From: Patescibacteria group bacterium
GTDB taxonomy: Bacteria > Patescibacteriota > Patescibacteriia > Patescibacteriales > UBA12465
Assembly: GCA_041656935.1 (NCBI GenBank)
Contig: JBBACQ010000001.1
Location: 29,459 to 93,458 of the forward strand
DNA length: 64,000 nt
Direction: 5' to 3'
Every line of letters begins with the position of its first letter. Position 1 is the first letter of the stretch. Positions 9,552-19,189 of this stretch are shown in pieces. Made by a program: the position numbers and the translations under genes. The notes beneath the pieces are model-generated. The model made no database searches. It worked only from the letters and a program-made list of their open reading frames with translations, and was not told the origin of the DNA.

Positions 9552-10835
9552 TTAACTCCACTGAGAATCTTGTCGCACTAATAATTCTTCGGCTTGACTC
9601 GAATTATTCATAATTTCTTTTACTAATTTCTCTAAACGCACCCCTTGAGAAGCTTTTAATAAAACAATGTCATTAGAAGAGATTCTGTCTTTAACAAAAT
9701 CTTTAGAGGACGAGACATTAGGAAAGACAAAAATATTATCGGGATTAAATCCTTTTTCTTTGGCTCCTCGGCCAATATCTCTGGCCCGTTCTCCAATTAA
9801 AACTAAGAGATCAGCTTTAATTTCGGCTACTTTTTGACCCACCAATTGATGCCCCTCTTCCGTGTAGTGGCCCAACTCTAACATATCACCTAATATAACT
9901 ATTTTCCTATTTTTGGTAGAAATGTTTTTTAAGGTCTCTAGAGCACTTAAAGCTGATTCCGGCGAAGAATTATAAGTATCATCTATCAAAACACTATTTT
10001 TCAGACCCAATAAGATATTCATCCTACCTGGAAGAGGATATATTTTATTTAAATATCCAGCCATTTCAATAAGGTTCAAGCCCAAATGAAACCCAACAAC
10101 TAAGGCTGCTAAAGATGAATAAATTGAAGAAAAACTAATAGCTCGAGGCAAAATAATAGGCACCACCGATCCTCCATGTTCTAATTTAAAATTAATTCCG
10201 CAAAAACTATCAGACAACAAATCACCTGACAGAGAAAAAGAAATATCTTTAGCTAAAAAATCGGCTCCGTCATTTGTCCCGTAATAAAAAGCCTTACTTT
10301 TCAATTCTGGAGAGGCATCTTTTAAATATTTATTATCAAAGTTTAAAACTGCCAAGCCATCTTTTTTCAAATTTTTAACCAATTTTATTTTTTCTTTTTT
10401 TATCTTTTCTAAACTACCGAAATATTCAACATGAGAATGAGAAATATTGGTGATTACTCCAATATCTGGTTTAACAATAGATAATAAATAATCCATATCA
10501 CCACTACGATCAATCCCCATTTCTAAAACTAGAATTTCGGGATAATTTCTATCCTTAAAAAGTAATAGTCTTTTAGCTTCATAAAAAACCTTCAACCAAC
10601 CCCAAAAATTCTTCCCAGGAGACTCTCGGCCAATAATAGATAAGGGCAAACCAAACTCATTATTATAATTTTTAATACTAGATCTAACCCTAAATCTATT
10701 CGACAAAACTAAGGTAATAAATTCTTTAGTACCAGTTTTACCAACACTACCAGTAATACCTACTATTTTAGGTTTATATTTTTTAATAATGGCTCTAGCA
10801 AAAATAGCCAATATTTTTAAGATTATTTTCTTCAT
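9552..10835 (-). CDS. murF: UDP-N-acetylmuramoyl-tripeptide--D-alanyl-D-alanine ligase
   Basis: Mur ligase P-loop GITGSVGKTGTKE and the MurF-type DDTYNSSPES motif. dcw cluster context. Confidence 0.85.
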   Translation of the reverse strand: MKKIILKILAIFARAIIKKYKPKIVGITGSVGKTGTKEFITLVLSNRFRVRSSIKNYNNEFGLPLSIIGRESPGKNFWGWLKVFYEAKRLLLFKDRNYPEILVLEMGIDRSGDMDYLLSIVKPDIGVITNISHSHVEYFGSLEKIKKEKIKLVKNLKKDGLAVLNFDNKYLKDASPELKSKAFYYGTNDGADFLAKDISFSLSGDLLSDSFCGINFKLEHGGSVVPIILPRAISFSSIYSSLAALVVGFHLGLNLIEMAGYLNKIYPLPGRMNILLGLKNSVLIDDTYNSSPESALSALETLKNISTKNRKIVILGDMLELGHYTEEGHQLVGQKVAEIKADLLVLIGERARDIGRGAKEKGFNPDNIFVFPNVSSSKDFVKDRISSNDIVLLKASQGVRLEKLVKEIMNNSSQAEELLVRQDSQWS

Positions 10836-10844
10836 ATTTTTAGA

Positions 10845-12932
10845 TTATTTCCTCTCTTTAGGAATCTGATAATATTTTAGCAGAAAATCAGTAATTTCGC
10901 CAAAGACCGGCACAACTGTCCCCTCGGCAAAAACCGAAGTTTTAGGTTTATCAAATTTTACCAACATTACAAATTTAGGATCATTGATTGGACCATAACC
11001 AACAAAGTTATGAATATATTGATTGGCTAGATAAGCTCCAGAAGGAGATGGAATTTGAGCCGTACCGGTTTTACCCCCAATATAATATCCCTCAATTTTA
11101 GATTTTTTAGCATGCCCCTCTTCAACGACATTAACTAACATGGCTGAGACCGCTTCAGCCGTCTCGGCTGATATCACCTGTCTAACTACTTGAGGCTCAA
11201 CCTTTTTTATTAATTCTCCTTGTTCATCTCTAATTTCATCAACTAAATAGGGTTTCATTAATACTCCTTTATTTGCTATAACCGCATAAGAAGCTAACAT
11301 TTGCAAAGGAGTCACCGCTATCCCCTGGCCGAAAGAAGCCGTAGAAAAATCGATCTCCTTAACTTTATCAGATAATAGGGTTTGTATATTCCCCGGACTC
11401 TCGGAGCTAAGTTCAATCCCGGTTTTTTCTCCGAAACCAAATTTTTGTAAATATTCAGAAAAAACTTTTGCCCCCACCTGATTAGCCGCGAAGATAGCTC
11501 CGGTATTTAAAGAATTTTCTAAAACATAATTCATATCTACCCAACCATGACCGCCACCCTTAGTAGAAAAATCAGAGTTTTTAATCGGCTTAGGCCAGCC
11601 CTTAATATTAACTTGTCCTCGATCTTCATAGTAAGTATTAGGAGTAATCTTCCCTTGGTCAATAGAAATGGCCATAGTGATAGTTTTAAAAACCGATCCC
11701 GGCTCATACTGATAAGAAACAACTTGATTATCAAAAATATTAGGGTCTTCAATAGCTTGATAATTATTAGGATCAAAATTAGGCCAAGTACACATAGCTA
11801 TTATTTTTCCAGTTTGAGGCTCCATAATAGTTATACTCCCACTCTCAAACTTATGTTTATTATAGGCCTCCTCTAGTTTTTGACAAACATACAGTTGAAC
11901 GGCGTAATCAATGGTCAAAACCAAGCTCTGACCTTCTGTCGGAGCTTGATACTCTCTTTTATCAATTACTATTTTAGTGCCACGATAGCTTCCTTTATCG
12001 CCTAGTAAAAAACCATCATCGCCCTTAAGCTCATAATCAAAAAAACCTTCTAAACCATAATTTCCAACATTTTCTAAATTAGAGAAACCTAGGACATTTG
12101 ATAAAAAATTTTTCTCAGGATAATATCGTAAAGACTCCCATTCATAATAGAACCCTGTTATTTCGTTAGAAACATCGCGATCATCAGATAATAATATTTT
12201 TTTATTCTTTATAAGTAAATCAGAAGAAGTACTTAAGGAAAAATCGTCTTTTAAAATATTAAAATAAAGTTCTATTAAATCGTCTTTTTCTATTTTTCTT
12301 CGAACCAAACGGGAATATTTATCAGATACATTAACCTTAAGAAAATATTCATTAATAATATTTTGCTCCCGCTCTTTTATTTCTAAATCCCTTTTCATAT
12401 TACGAAATTCCAACCATTCGGGGTTAAGTTTTAAATCATTATACTTATTCAAAACTTCTTGTTTTCGAATGACCTTATCTTCTTCACCTAAGGACAAAGA
12501 ATCAATATAACCTAAATCATTTTCTATTTCTTTTTTCTCTTCTTCCTCTAAAAATTTATCTACCTCGGCTATGACTGTTTCTCGGTGAAAGACATTAAAA
12601 ACCTCGCCTAAAATAGATAAAATATCCTCTTCACTCAAAGCTCGAGGATTAATATAGATCGAAGCATAGTCTTTGTTCAGGGCTACTGGATAAAGATCAG
12701 AACTATTTTGTTTTAAATAAATTTCTCCTCGGCTCGCCTTTAACTCATTAAAGATTCTATGCTGAGAATCAGCTTTAGCTAAATACTTATCATGATTAGT
12801 AATTTGAACTGAATATAATTTTCCAATCATTGATAAAAAAAATAAAAAAATAATCGCTATTAAGGTATAAAGGCGATTATTTTTAAATTTTATCTCTGAT
12901 GGTTCTTTTCTTTTTGGAATAATCGAAGCCAT
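10845..12932 (-). CDS. ftsI: Penicillin-binding protein 2 / FtsI-type transpeptidase
   Basis: SVFK (SxxK), SLN (SxN) and KTGT motifs with an N-terminal TM anchor. Located between ftsL-like and murF. Confidence 0.88.
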   Translation of the reverse strand: MASIIPKRKEPSEIKFKNNRLYTLIAIIFLFFLSMIGKLYSVQITNHDKYLAKADSQHRIFNELKASRGEIYLKQNSSDLYPVALNKDYASIYINPRALSEEDILSILGEVFNVFHRETVIAEVDKFLEEEEKKEIENDLGYIDSLSLGEEDKVIRKQEVLNKYNDLKLNPEWLEFRNMKRDLEIKEREQNIINEYFLKVNVSDKYSRLVRRKIEKDDLIELYFNILKDDFSLSTSSDLLIKNKKILLSDDRDVSNEITGFYYEWESLRYYPEKNFLSNVLGFSNLENVGNYGLEGFFDYELKGDDGFLLGDKGSYRGTKIVIDKREYQAPTEGQSLVLTIDYAVQLYVCQKLEEAYNKHKFESGSITIMEPQTGKIIAMCTWPNFDPNNYQAIEDPNIFDNQVVSYQYEPGSVFKTITMAISIDQGKITPNTYYEDRGQVNIKGWPKPIKNSDFSTKGGGHGWVDMNYVLENSLNTGAIFAANQVGAKVFSEYLQKFGFGEKTGIELSSESPGNIQTLLSDKVKEIDFSTASFGQGIAVTPLQMLASYAVIANKGVLMKPYLVDEIRDEQGELIKKVEPQVVRQVISAETAEAVSAMLVNVVEEGHAKKSKIEGYYIGGKTGTAQIPSPSGAYLANQYIHNFVGYGPINDPKFVMLVKFDKPKTSVFAEGTVVPVFGEITDFLLKYYQIPKERK

Positions 12933-12959
12933 GGTAATTTTTTATTTAATCTAATCTAA

Positions 12960-13268
12960 TTATTTTTTAGCTAAAGAATCTTCACCGATATTAATATAAT
13001 CAACACTGGCAATTTTAACCATATTTAATTTGTCTAACCTAGCACTAATATTTTCATAAGATTCTAAGGTATTCTTCTTTAATTCCATTTCCGCTTTTTC
13101 TTCTTGTAATAAATTTAAATCAGCTTTTAATTGTTCTAACTCTATATTTTTAATCATCACGTCATCCATGCTTTTCAAAAAATAAAGTCCCCCTAGAATA
13201 AATAAGGTTATTAAACATAAGTTAAAGGCCCCCCATATTTTGCTTTTTCTATTTTTTTCAGCTGACAT
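12960..13268 (-). CDS. FtsL-like cell division protein
   Basis: 102 aa with a single TM followed by a coiled coil. Position between rsmH and ftsI is canonical for ftsL. Confidence 0.5.
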   Translation of the reverse strand: MSAEKNRKSKIWGAFNLCLITLFILGGLYFLKSMDDVMIKNIELEQLKADLNLLQEEKAEMELKKNTLESYENISARLDKLNMVKIASVDYINIGEDSLAKK

Positions 13269-13286
13269 AATTTTATTTTTAATTTA

Positions 13287-14219
13287 TTATAATTTTTCAA
13301 TGGCTCTTAATTTGGCGCTACGAGATCTGAAATTTTCTTCTATTTCCTTAGCTTGAGGAACGAGCGGCTTAGGAGTTAAAATTTTTATAATTCCTTCTTT
13401 CTTCGGACCTAATTCTTTAAAAAAATTCTTTACTATCCGGTCCTCTAAACTATGGAAAGACACTATTACTAAACGCCCTCCTGGTTTCAAATATTTTATC
13501 GCTACTGGTAAAAATTTCTTTAAATTATTTAATTCATCATTGGTTTCTATTCTTAAAGCTTGGAAAGTTTTAGTGGCTGGATGAATCTTTCTTGACCAAA
13601 ATTTTCTAGGAATCGCTTGGGCAATTATTTCGGCCAATTGTTCACTTTTTTCAATCTTCTTTTTCTTTCTCTCCAAAACTATCGCTTGCGCTATTTTTCT
13701 AGCCCAAGACTCTTCTCCGTAGTTTTTAATGATATCCTCTAGGTCTCTCTGAGAATAACTATTAACTATATAATAAGTAGTTTCTGAGATATTAGGACCG
13801 AAAGACATATCTAATGGTCCAGGTTTATGGAAAGAAAACCCCCGATCGCTATCATCTAATTGAGCTGATGATAAACCAAGGTCTAAAACCATACCGGAAA
13901 AAAGGGCTTCTCCTTTTTTATAGTTTTTCTTTTTACAAAATTCAGAAATGATTTTATTTTCAAGAACAATATTTTCTAAATTGGAAAAATTATCATTAAC
14001 AACTACTATATTTTTAAATTTCTTTAAAGCAAAATTATCTATCGCCCAAGGATCTAAATCAACTGATAACAGTAAACCGGACTTCCCTATTTTTTCAAGA
14101 ATTTTTTGGGAATAACTTCCCCCGCCTAAAGTTCCGTCAAAATATAACTCCCCTTCTTTTATATTTAAAAAATCTATCGCTTCTGAGAGCATTACTGGAA
14201 AATGAGAATATTTTTTCAT
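13287..14219 (-). CDS. rsmH: 16S rRNA (cytosine1402-N4)-methyltransferase
   Basis: HFPVMLSE...DGTLGGGSYS...DLGLSSAQLD...SFHSLEDR, the characteristic MraW/RsmH motifs. Confidence 0.93.
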   Translation of the reverse strand: MKKYSHFPVMLSEAIDFLNIKEGELYFDGTLGGGSYSQKILEKIGKSGLLLSVDLDPWAIDNFALKKFKNIVVVNDNFSNLENIVLENKIISEFCKKKNYKKGEALFSGMVLDLGLSSAQLDDSDRGFSFHKPGPLDMSFGPNISETTYYIVNSYSQRDLEDIIKNYGEESWARKIAQAIVLERKKKKIEKSEQLAEIIAQAIPRKFWSRKIHPATKTFQALRIETNDELNNLKKFLPVAIKYLKPGGRLVIVSFHSLEDRIVKNFFKELGPKKEGIIKILTPKPLVPQAKEIEENFRSRSAKLRAIEKL

Positions 14220-14231
14220 ATTATCAAAAAA

Positions 14232-14663
14232 CTAAATTCCTAAATCACCTAATTCTTCGGCAATAGCATTAGTATTCTTTTCTGATTCTTTTTTATAATT
14301 ATCCCAAGAATTTTTATCCCAAATTTCTAAATGATTATACAAGCCCGCAATAATCACACTCTTATTCAAATTAGAAAATTGTCTTAAATATTCTGGTAAT
14401 GTTACCCTCCCCTGATTATCAAATTCTAAATCCATCGCTCCAGCTAATAAGTGCCGGGCAAAAGCTCTGGCTTTAGCTTGGCTTATTGGTAAGGTTGATA
14501 ATTTTTGAGCAATTTTTGTCCACTGATCTTTTGTATATAAAAACAAGCAGTTATCTAGTCCCTTAGTAACAACCCCGCCCCTCTTTAATAAAGAGCGGAA
14601 TTTAGCTGGAATAGCTAATCTGCCTTTGTCGTCTAAATTATGATTATATTCTCCAATAAACAT
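14232..14663 (-). CDS. mraZ: Transcriptional regulator MraZ
   Basis: 143 aa with duplicated SpoVT-AbrB-like halves (DDKGRLAIPAKFR and DNQGRVTLPEYLR). Confidence 0.93.
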   Translation of the reverse strand: MFIGEYNHNLDDKGRLAIPAKFRSLLKRGGVVTKGLDNCLFLYTKDQWTKIAQKLSTLPISQAKARAFARHLLAGAMDLEFDNQGRVTLPEYLRQFSNLNKSVIIAGLYNHLEIWDKNSWDNYKKESEKNTNAIAEELGDLGI

Positions 14664-14711
14664 ATATTCGATAATTAATAAATTGGGGTTAAGAGATTAA
14701 TCACCTCTGTT

Positions 14712-14756
14712 CCCCACTTTTCACCTTATAACTACAATTATACACCACTTTTCCCC
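14712..14756 (-). promoter_or_regulatory. Candidate MraZ operator repeats upstream of mraZ
   Basis: CCCCACTTTTCACC (14712-14725) and CACCACTTTTCCCC (14743-14756). On the minus strand both contain AAAAGTGG(G/T)G, resembling the GTGGG-type MraZ boxes described in other bacteria. Confidence 0.3.
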
Positions 14757-14813
14757 TAAGGTCAATAATAACAAAAGCCTTATAAAATAAGGCTTAGAGT
14801 AAAAACATAAAAT

Positions 14814-14844
14814 AAAGACCTGAGTTATACACACTCAGGTCTTT
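14814..14844 (-). terminator. Terminator hairpin downstream of the superoxide dismutase gene
   Basis: AAAGACCTGAGT-N7-ACTCAGGTCTTT, a 12-bp stem with a U-rich tail on the minus strand. A second hairpin, AAGCCTTA-N-TAAGGCTT, lies at 14775-14797. Confidence 0.55.
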
Positions 14845-14904
14845 ATTTAGGAGAAAATTACTTCTTTTCTATCAACAATCTGTTAACAGTTAATCCCCAG
14901 ATAG

Positions 14905-15501
14905 CTATATATTTTCTTTTAAGTTTTCTTCGAAAAAATTCCAATTTATAGAATTATTTATTAACATCTCTAGATATTCGGCTCTGTTATTACGATAATC
15001 AATATAATAAGCGTGCTCCCAAACATCAATACATAAAAGAGGTTTCTGATTATTAATAAGTGGAGAATCAGCATTAGGAAGAGAAGTTATTTTTATTTTA
15101 TCATCTTCCAGAATCACCCACACCCAACCACTGCCAAATTGGCTTAGGCCGGTACTTTTTAAATTTAATTTAAATTCATCTAAAGATGAAAAGCTCTCAA
15201 TTATCTTTTCTTTTAAAAAATTAGAGATTTCTAGTTTATCGGGTGATAAACTCTGCCAATAAAAATCATGATTAAAAACCTGGGCGGAATTATTATAAAT
15301 ACTTTTCAATTGGGGGTTATTATACGAAGCTTTTATTATTTCTACTAGACTCTTCCCTTCGAGCTCGGTCCCTGAAATTAATTTTATTAAATTATCGAAA
15401 TAGGTTTTATGATGTTTATCATAGTGATAAGAAAAAGTTTCAGCCGAAATAAAACCGTTAAAGCTACTAGGATTGTAAGGTAATTTGAAAAAATCTAACA
15501 T
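14905..15501 (-). CDS. Fe/Mn superoxide dismutase
   Basis: 198 aa with HHxKHHxxY near the N-terminus and the C-terminal DVWEHAYYIDYRN metal-ligand motif. Confidence 0.92.
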   Translation of the reverse strand: MLDFFKLPYNPSSFNGFISAETFSYHYDKHHKTYFDNLIKLISGTELEGKSLVEIIKASYNNPQLKSIYNNSAQVFNHDFYWQSLSPDKLEISNFLKEKIIESFSSLDEFKLNLKSTGLSQFGSGWVWVILEDDKIKITSLPNADSPLINNQKPLLCIDVWEHAYYIDYRNNRAEYLEMLINNSINWNFFEENLKENI

Positions 15502-15511
15502 CTAATTAAAA

Positions 15512-16411
15512 TTATTGATATTTAATATAATTATCATTATCTAAAATATTTAAGTTGGGCACTATTTCAGCTTGATCAACCGATCTAACTGAGTTAGACC
15601 AAAAAAGCTCAATGTTCTTATCGGTTAAAGACATAAATTCCGAAACAAGATATTTATTAACTCCAACAATAGAACCCTGACTATACAGAATTATTGATAG
15701 GGGGACCTCCCAATAATTATAAGGGCTGTTATTTTTAATATTAAAGGATAAATTATTAACGCTCTTCATATATATGTCAGTTGATTGAGAAATATTAAAA
15801 ACAATATTAGAAACGTCAAAATTAACTCTTTCTGAATAATAATTTTTCCAGTTAGAATATTTTTTAGCATCAACCCTCTCCCAACTAAGGTTTTTAATCA
15901 TAAATCTAAGATTATTCGGAGCAGAATCTAATTCCACCGATAAAACTACTAGATATTTGTTTTCCTCAGGAAAGACGATATCATTTTGACATAGTAATTC
16001 TTCATCGCCATCAAGAAAACAATAATTAATGCTAGCAAAAAAGTTGAGATTAGGATTTTTTACCCGAGCAACAAAATCATAGCTATCATTATGAAAGAAA
16101 ACAAGCGGTCGTTCATTTTGTAAGGGTTCAGCTACCCGAGAAGATCCTAAATTTACTCCAATAATTGACAACTCTTCTAGGGCCATTTTATCATCAGGCG
16201 AATATTTTAAATAATCATAAACATTATAAAAAAGGTAGATATACAAAATAATTAAAGAAAGAAACAAAAGAGAGATTAGGCTAATAAAAAAATTACGGCG
16301 GTTTTTTAAAAACCACAAACCAAAAATAAACTTTTTCAAAGCCCCCTTTTCTTTCTCATTATAATTGGCTAAATTTATATTAGTATCTCTTTTTTCTTTT
16401 TTATTGTCCAT
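15512..16411 (-). CDS. Hypothetical membrane-anchored protein
   Basis: 299 aa with one N-terminal TM (FFISLISLLFLSLIILYIYLF). No recognisable domain. Confidence 0.5.
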   Translation of the reverse strand: MDNKKEKRDTNINLANYNEKEKGALKKFIFGLWFLKNRRNFFISLISLLFLSLIILYIYLFYNVYDYLKYSPDDKMALEELSIIGVNLGSSRVAEPLQNERPLVFFHNDSYDFVARVKNPNLNFFASINYCFLDGDEELLCQNDIVFPEENKYLVVLSVELDSAPNNLRFMIKNLSWERVDAKKYSNWKNYYSERVNFDVSNIVFNISQSTDIYMKSVNNLSFNIKNNSPYNYWEVPLSIILYSQGSIVGVNKYLVSEFMSLTDKNIELFWSNSVRSVDQAEIVPNLNILDNDNYIKYQ

Positions 16412-16477
16412 ATTCTTTAAAAATGTTATAATTTAGATGTCCTTAATATTATAACATAATTTAATAATAAAAAAAAT

Positions 16478-17329
16478 ATGACAATTAATGTTCCCTTGGC
16501 CGTGCCTAAGAAATATTATAAGACCTACAAAAAGAACTTTAAAAAAGCTACTCACAATACGGGTAATTTATTTCTTTTCGCCGGTGATCAAAAAATAGAA
16601 CATCTTAATGAAGATTTTGCTGTTAAATCTAAAAACAACAATAGCGACCCGGAGCATCTTTTCCAAATTGCTCTAAAATCCCCCATCGGAGTTTTTGCCG
16701 TTCATTTGGGATTAGTTTCTCGTTATGGAAAAAAATATAAAAAGATACCTTACTTAATAAAATTAAATGGTAAAAGTAATCTAGTAAAAACATCGGATCC
16801 CTTGAGTAAAGCTTTGTGGACGGTTGAAGATGTGGTTAAATTTAAAAAGGACTCGGGCTTAGATATTTTAGGTGTTGGTTATACTCTTTATCTAGGTAGC
16901 GAATATGAAGCAAAAATGATGAAAGAGGCCAGTCAAATAATTTGGCAAGCTCATCAAAACGGACTACTCGCAGTTTTATGGATTTACCCTCGAGGAAAAA
17001 ATGTTAAAAACGAAAAATCGTTGGAAATTTTGAGTGGGTCGGCTGGAGTTGGTTTATGTTTAGGAGCTGATTTTATAAAACTAAACTATCCTTTCGGAGA
17101 AAAAGAAGAAGATGCTAAAAAATTTAAAGAAGTAATTATCGCTGGAGGAAATAGCGGGATAATTTGTTCAGGCGGAAAAAAAATTGACTCTAAAAAATTA
17201 TTAAAAATTATTAAAAATCAAATTAAGATAACCGGAGCTCGAGGTTGTGCTATTGGCCGAAATCTTCATCAAAAAGATTTAAGTTCGGCTATTAAATTGG
17301 CTACGGAAATAAATAAGAACTTAAAATAG
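16478..17329 (+). CDS. Class I fructose-bisphosphate aldolase, DhnA/FbaB (archaeal-type) family
   Basis: 283 aa TIM-barrel-like sequence with DFIKLNYP (Schiff-base Lys context) and a GRNLHQ C-terminal motif, as in DhnA-type aldolases. Confidence 0.72.
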   Translation: MTINVPLAVPKKYYKTYKKNFKKATHNTGNLFLFAGDQKIEHLNEDFAVKSKNNNSDPEHLFQIALKSPIGVFAVHLGLVSRYGKKYKKIPYLIKLNGKSNLVKTSDPLSKALWTVEDVVKFKKDSGLDILGVGYTLYLGSEYEAKMMKEASQIIWQAHQNGLLAVLWIYPRGKNVKNEKSLEILSGSAGVGLCLGADFIKLNYPFGEKEEDAKKFKEVIIAGGNSGIICSGGKKIDSKKLLKIIKNQIKITGARGCAIGRNLHQKDLSSAIKLATEINKNLK

Positions 17330-17341
17330 AAACTATAACAA

Positions 17342-17371
17342 AAAAGAGCTAATAAATTTAGCTCTTTTTTG
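17342..17371. terminator. Bidirectional terminator between the aldolase and pilin genes
   Basis: AAGAGCTAA-taaat-TTAGCTCTT with T-runs on both strands. The flanking genes are convergent. Confidence 0.6.
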
Positions 17372-17398
17372 TTTTTATAGAAAATATTTTGAATAAAA

Positions 17399-19120
17399 TT
17401 ATTGACCTAGCAAATATAACTCCTCTATTTCTTCCTGCGATAATATTCTATTATAAACACGGAAGTCAGCCATAGACCCATCTAAAAATAAGCTATACAG
17501 ATTAGGATCATTCGAATCATTTCTGGCACCAATAATAAAAGGAAATGAATTAGTATAAGAACCAATACTATCGTTACCGGCAGTTATCGATTGTAATTCA
17601 GTGTTAATATATAATTTTAAACCACTTGTCGCTGCCGGGATTGTTAATGTATAAAAAAACCAGCCTTCACCTAAATAATTAGAAACCGAATATTGAGCTG
17701 ACGATCCCCCAACTTGAACAACTATTTCCGATAAACTAAAGGCAAATCTGTATTGTGAGTTCGCTTGTAGGTTATTTGCGGTTTTGGCCCATAAATAAGA
17801 AACCCCTGAATCCACCCTAGACCACCAAGTAAAAGTCATATTATCCACTCTTGGTACTAAATTTATATTATTGCTAAAGTCTATCACATCATCTATATTA
17901 TCAAAGCTAGTTGCTCTACCACTTCTCCCTAAATAATCAGTTGCTCCGCCAATAGTTATTCCACCTTTGGCGGTCCCGTTATTACCATTACCACTCTTGT
18001 CATTTAGACCATCAACATTATCTAAAGCCCACCAAGCAACAAGACCATCAGTAAGCGTTGGCTTAGAGCTTTCGTATAATAGTGCTACTTCATCTGAAGA
18101 TAAGGTACGATTGTAAATACGAACATCGGAAATTTCCCCGCTAACATAATTTAAAACGGTCCAAGACCTAGCACCTATTCTGATAATTGGATTTGCAACA
18201 ACATTACTGGCGCTAATGTTCTGACTCTCGACTACCCCATTAACATATAATTTTTGAGTAGCAGTGTCATAACTCATGACAATATGCCTCCAGCTATTAA
18301 TATAATCAGTATCAGTAAATAATAAATCATGCCCTTCTAGTCTAAATGTAAAACCAGATGAAGATTGGAATAATGTGAAACCAGAAGAAACACCATCTCT
18401 AGCGTCAATAATATTATCAGATCCTACTGAATCTAATCTAACCCATAAAGAAATAGTGAAATTATTTACTCCATTCAAAGACATTGGAACATCAATATAA
18501 TCATTGCTTCCGTCAAAACTCGTAGCTCCACCAGCCTGTATATATCTATCTATAGAACTACCAATAGTAATACCACCAAAACCTGTTCCGTCATTACCAC
18601 TTGAAGATTTATCTTTTAGACCATCAATGTTATCCAAAGCCCAATGACCCACTAGCCCCCTTTGTAAGCCTACTAAGGGACCATGCTCAATTCCCGTTGG
18701 ATTAGCAATGGCTAAGCCAGCAGATAAATTAGAATTTTCTTCTCCTAAACAAAAATAAATTGAATATGATTCATTATTTTCTCCTAGCTCGCTATAAACA
18801 TATTGATTATCACTAACCGTGCAATCTCCATCCGGCGGAGTCGGAGCTTGGGGTAATCTATCCATATAAACGGTGTCGCCAAAATATATTGAGCTAGTAA
18901 CCGTGCTGGAGGACGGATAATATCCCTGATCACTAAAATACAATCTTAGAGCAACCTGCATTTGTTTGATATCAGATATTCTTTGAGAATCCCTAGCTTT
19001 GGCTCGAGTATCCCCTAAAGAAACAACAACCAAAGTTGCTAAAATTCCAATAATAGCAACCACAACCAAAATCTCTACCAAAGTAAAACCAGATTTTTTA
19101 AGCCTTGTGCTTTTAAACAT
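17399..19120 (-). CDS. Type IV pilin-like protein with two LamG-like domains
   Basis: The KKSGFTLVEILVVVAIIGILATL prepilin motif is followed by two repeats of the LVxxWALDNxDGLxDKSxxGNxGT...SFD LamG-like module, each ending in RxYNRxLSxxE. Confidence 0.8.
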   Translation of the reverse strand: MFKSTRLKKSGFTLVEILVVVAIIGILATLVVVSLGDTRAKARDSQRISDIKQMQVALRLYFSDQGYYPSSSTVTSSIYFGDTVYMDRLPQAPTPPDGDCTVSDNQYVYSELGENNESYSIYFCLGEENSNLSAGLAIANPTGIEHGPLVGLQRGLVGHWALDNIDGLKDKSSSGNDGTGFGGITIGSSIDRYIQAGGATSFDGSNDYIDVPMSLNGVNNFTISLWVRLDSVGSDNIIDARDGVSSGFTLFQSSSGFTFRLEGHDLLFTDTDYINSWRHIVMSYDTATQKLYVNGVVESQNISASNVVANPIIRIGARSWTVLNYVSGEISDVRIYNRTLSSDEVALLYESSKPTLTDGLVAWWALDNVDGLNDKSGNGNNGTAKGGITIGGATDYLGRSGRATSFDNIDDVIDFSNNINLVPRVDNMTFTWWSRVDSGVSYLWAKTANNLQANSQYRFAFSLSEIVVQVGGSSAQYSVSNYLGEGWFFYTLTIPAATSGLKLYINTELQSITAGNDSIGSYTNSFPFIIGARNDSNDPNLYSLFLDGSMADFRVYNRILSQEEIEELYLLGQ

Positions 19121-19189
19121 AGCTTTTATTTTTTATAATTATTTAAAACTTAGCAGAAATATGCTTAATAATTAAAGAATGATATAAAA

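Noticed and set aside
8425-9561. GTG start of prfB at 9561, overlapping murF by 10 nt
   Set aside because: The extra ten residues (MELIFKTKNI) have no counterpart in RF2. The ATG at 9531 (MENLIKKINDL) gives a conventional N-terminus without overlap.
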